From Octopus sinensis (taxonomy: Eukaryota), in NCBI RefSeq assembly GCF_006345805.1, contig NC_042998.1, forward strand, positions 3,782,001 to 3,846,000: a stretch of DNA of 64,000 bases. The letters run 5' to 3'. The notes beneath the pieces were generated by a model. That model was given only the letters and a program-made list of their open reading frames with translations, was not told the DNA's origin and did not search any database. A program made the position numbers and the translations under genes. Shown here piece by piece: positions 61,550-64,000 of the stretch. Within the stretch, counting starts at the first letter, position 1; every line of letters begins with the position of its first letter.

Positions 61550-61946
61550 CTAGCAGTATCGCCTGGCGTTGCTCAGGTTTGTAAGGGAAATAACTATATA
61601 AGCATTTTTAGAGAGTTATAGCCAAAAAATAGCAAAAAATGCATTAAAAATGGAAAAAAAATTATGGTAAATTTTTTTTTAAATTGTTGACTCATCGTAG
61701 ACATTTTTAGAGAGTTACTTCCCGTATATAATAGCGAAAAAATGCATTAAAATGGAAAAAAATGATGGTAATTTTTTCTTTAAATCGTAGACTCATCGTA
61801 GACATGCACTAATACCCAGAAGGGCTCGATATGAATCACGACTATAAGATACCCGCTTTTGGTTACACTGCACCGCAAAATGTGGGAGTAGTTAGGAATC
61901 TAAATCGTAGGAGACAGACACACAACTTGACTTTTATATATAAAGA
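61550..61946 (-). mobile_element. Non-autonomous Helitron, same family as 52014-52411
   Basis: Minus strand A|TCTTTATATATAAAAG...cctgagcaacgccagg-cgatactg-CTAG|T. Confidence 0.88.
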
Positions 61947-63129
61947 TTACATACATATTTGATTCAATACAATGTAGTGTTTCCAGTAAGACACTTAATG
62001 TACTCCTTTTTGGATGTTATATTAATACACATTACTTGAAATTTCAGGGTTGCTGTTTAAGTTTTAGCTTTTGTAACTTCTCTGGACAGTGCTTGACAAA
62101 TTATGGAGAAGAGTATATGAATTAGTGAATGCTTGTTCACAAATGAAGAATAAAAATTCTTCCAGATATTTCTGTCAATATTTATTGGGGAATTTCCAAA
62201 TATCAACTGCTTAAAATCATATCCACATCTTAGTTTTGCCATACAGTGAAAGATCATTAATAAAAAAAATAATTAAAAAATTCAGATTTTCATTAACTTG
62301 AGGATGGCTTAAACAATAATCTCATTCCTGTTTGGTGTGTTTCTCACATATAATCCTGGAAAACATGAAAACCTGTTTTGCGACTGAATAAACATATAAT
62401 TCATGCTTGACAAAAAATAAAAAAATTGAAAATTGAATAAATCAATGATTCATACATTTTTTAACACTTTTTGGCAATCAATCAAATCACAGTGACTTAT
62501 CATATTTCAAAGAGTTAATGAGCATTTTTACTTGTACATAGTCACGCTGCTTTTTTCTATTGTTTTGAATAATCAACAGTATGAAGCTCACACAAATCAC
62601 CCTAGGAGCTCCATTTGCTAACAACAGTGAAAGTGTGTGCATGTGATGGTGTATATATATATATATTTACTTATATGTATATATATATATATATATACTT
62701 ATATGTGTATATATATATATATATATTACATTAGATATAATTTAAAATTATATATGTAATCAACATGATGGACTCTCCTCCCATCAAAGACAACATATGA
62801 ATGTTCAGCTTTTGCTGAACAACTTGCACAAAGGGTTTGTTTATAATGATCAAACACATGTGCCATACATTAGCTCACTCCGTCCATCAAATCAACATTG
62901 CCTGAACTGAACAGGTGCACAGTGTACCTCGTGTCAGGTGTCAAAGTGATTGCAGAGCAACATGAGACAAAGCATTTTGCTCCAGAACACAATGCACCAC
63001 CTGGTCTAAGAATTGAAACCATGATCTTCCGATCATGAGTGCGACATTCTAACCACTAGGCCATGATTCCTCACATAAACAATATATACATATATCATTA
63101 TATATGTGTGTATATGCATAATCACAAAT

Positions 63130-63166
<37 letters not shown>

Positions 63167-63519
63167 ACACACACACACACATCATGATCATGATCATGTA
63201 TGTTGTTAGAAGTGATTAAAAGGTTTAGAAACAGGAAGGGAATCAAACCATAAAAGAGTTTCTCAAACAATTCCTCCAACCCCTGTCAATATGGATAAGT
63301 TTGACAATGACATTCATAGATACGTAAACTGAGAATAGTTGTTCCAAGCATATTTCATGTCATACCTGTGTGCAAGTTTAAACATATTTATTGTGGAGTT
63401 TTAATATTTCTGTATTAGTTCTTTATGATTAGTTTAGTCTAATATATCTGGGTATAATGTGAGGGTAATTTCTCTATTAATTCTAGTAGATCAGGTGTCA
63501 ATATAGAGGCTTCATTAAA

Positions 63520-63860
63520 GGCACATGGTGCAGTGGTCAGAGTGTTGAGCCCACAATCATGAGATAGTGAGTTTGATTCCTGGACCAGGTTGTGTCTTGT
63601 GTTCTTGAGCAAGACACTTTATTTTCATGTTGCTCTAGTTCACTCAGCTGTAGAAATGAGTTGTGATGTCACTGGTGCCTAGCTGCATTGGCATTTGCCT
63701 TTCCCTTGGATGACATCAGTAGTGTGGAGATAGGAGGCTAGTATGCATGGACGTCTGATAGTCTTCCACGAACAACCTTGCCTAGACTTGTGCCTCAGAG
63801 GGTAACTTTCTAGGTGCAATCCCATGGTCATTCATGACTAAAGGGGGTCTTTATTCTTTT
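63520..63860 (+). mobile_element. Diverged tRNA-derived SINE
   Basis: gcacatggtgcagtggtcagagtg (A box)...gagtttgattcctggacc (B box)...ttcttgagcaagacactt body. Confidence 0.6.
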
Positions 63861-64000
63861 ATCCTTTTGTTGGCATACATCTTTGGTAAATCCCAATGAA
63901 AGACCAAGAATTATTTTCAACCTTTTCTGGTTTACTGCTTCATTCTTCTTCTTGTCTTGAGACAGCATTCACCCGGGGTGGGTTGAGCTGGCTTCATTCA

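Noticed and set aside
58663-64000. Terminal PLAC-domain exon
   Set aside because: I found no phase-1 acceptor followed by a Cys-patterned PLAC frame. It is presumably downstream of the window.

Overview
AT-rich, repeat-dense eukaryotic intronic DNA. The SINE/LINE complement and microsatellite load suggest an octopod cephalopod (inference). The only host gene I can support is the 3' ancillary part of a + strand ADAMTS7/12-like metalloprotease. It has six GT-AG exons (12100-12319, 14933-15082, 15617-16537, 28448-28636, 44711-44860, 58512-58662) that splice in frame to 593 codons: TSP1 x3, a Thr-rich mucin-like spacer, then TSP1 x3. The catalytic exons and the final (probably PLAC) exon lie outside the window. 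The introns hold tRNA-derived SINEs of at least three families, RTE, CR1 and R4/Dong LINE 3' ends, Penelope-like (PLE) termini, mariner MITEs and two non-autonomous Helitrons. Four things stand out. (1) About ten near-perfect local fold-back inverted duplications, built from ends of unrelated retroelements and often abutting (TA)n. (2) Three families of degenerate minimal type-I hammerhead ribozyme motifs. (3) Tandem arrays of a LINE 3' UTR (about 340 bp) and of a 320-bp PLE-like unit ending in an inversion. (4) A SINE-head/zinc-finger-LINE chimera. Almost all other ORFs in the track are microsatellite or repeat read-through. Repeat boundaries were read by eye and are approximate.
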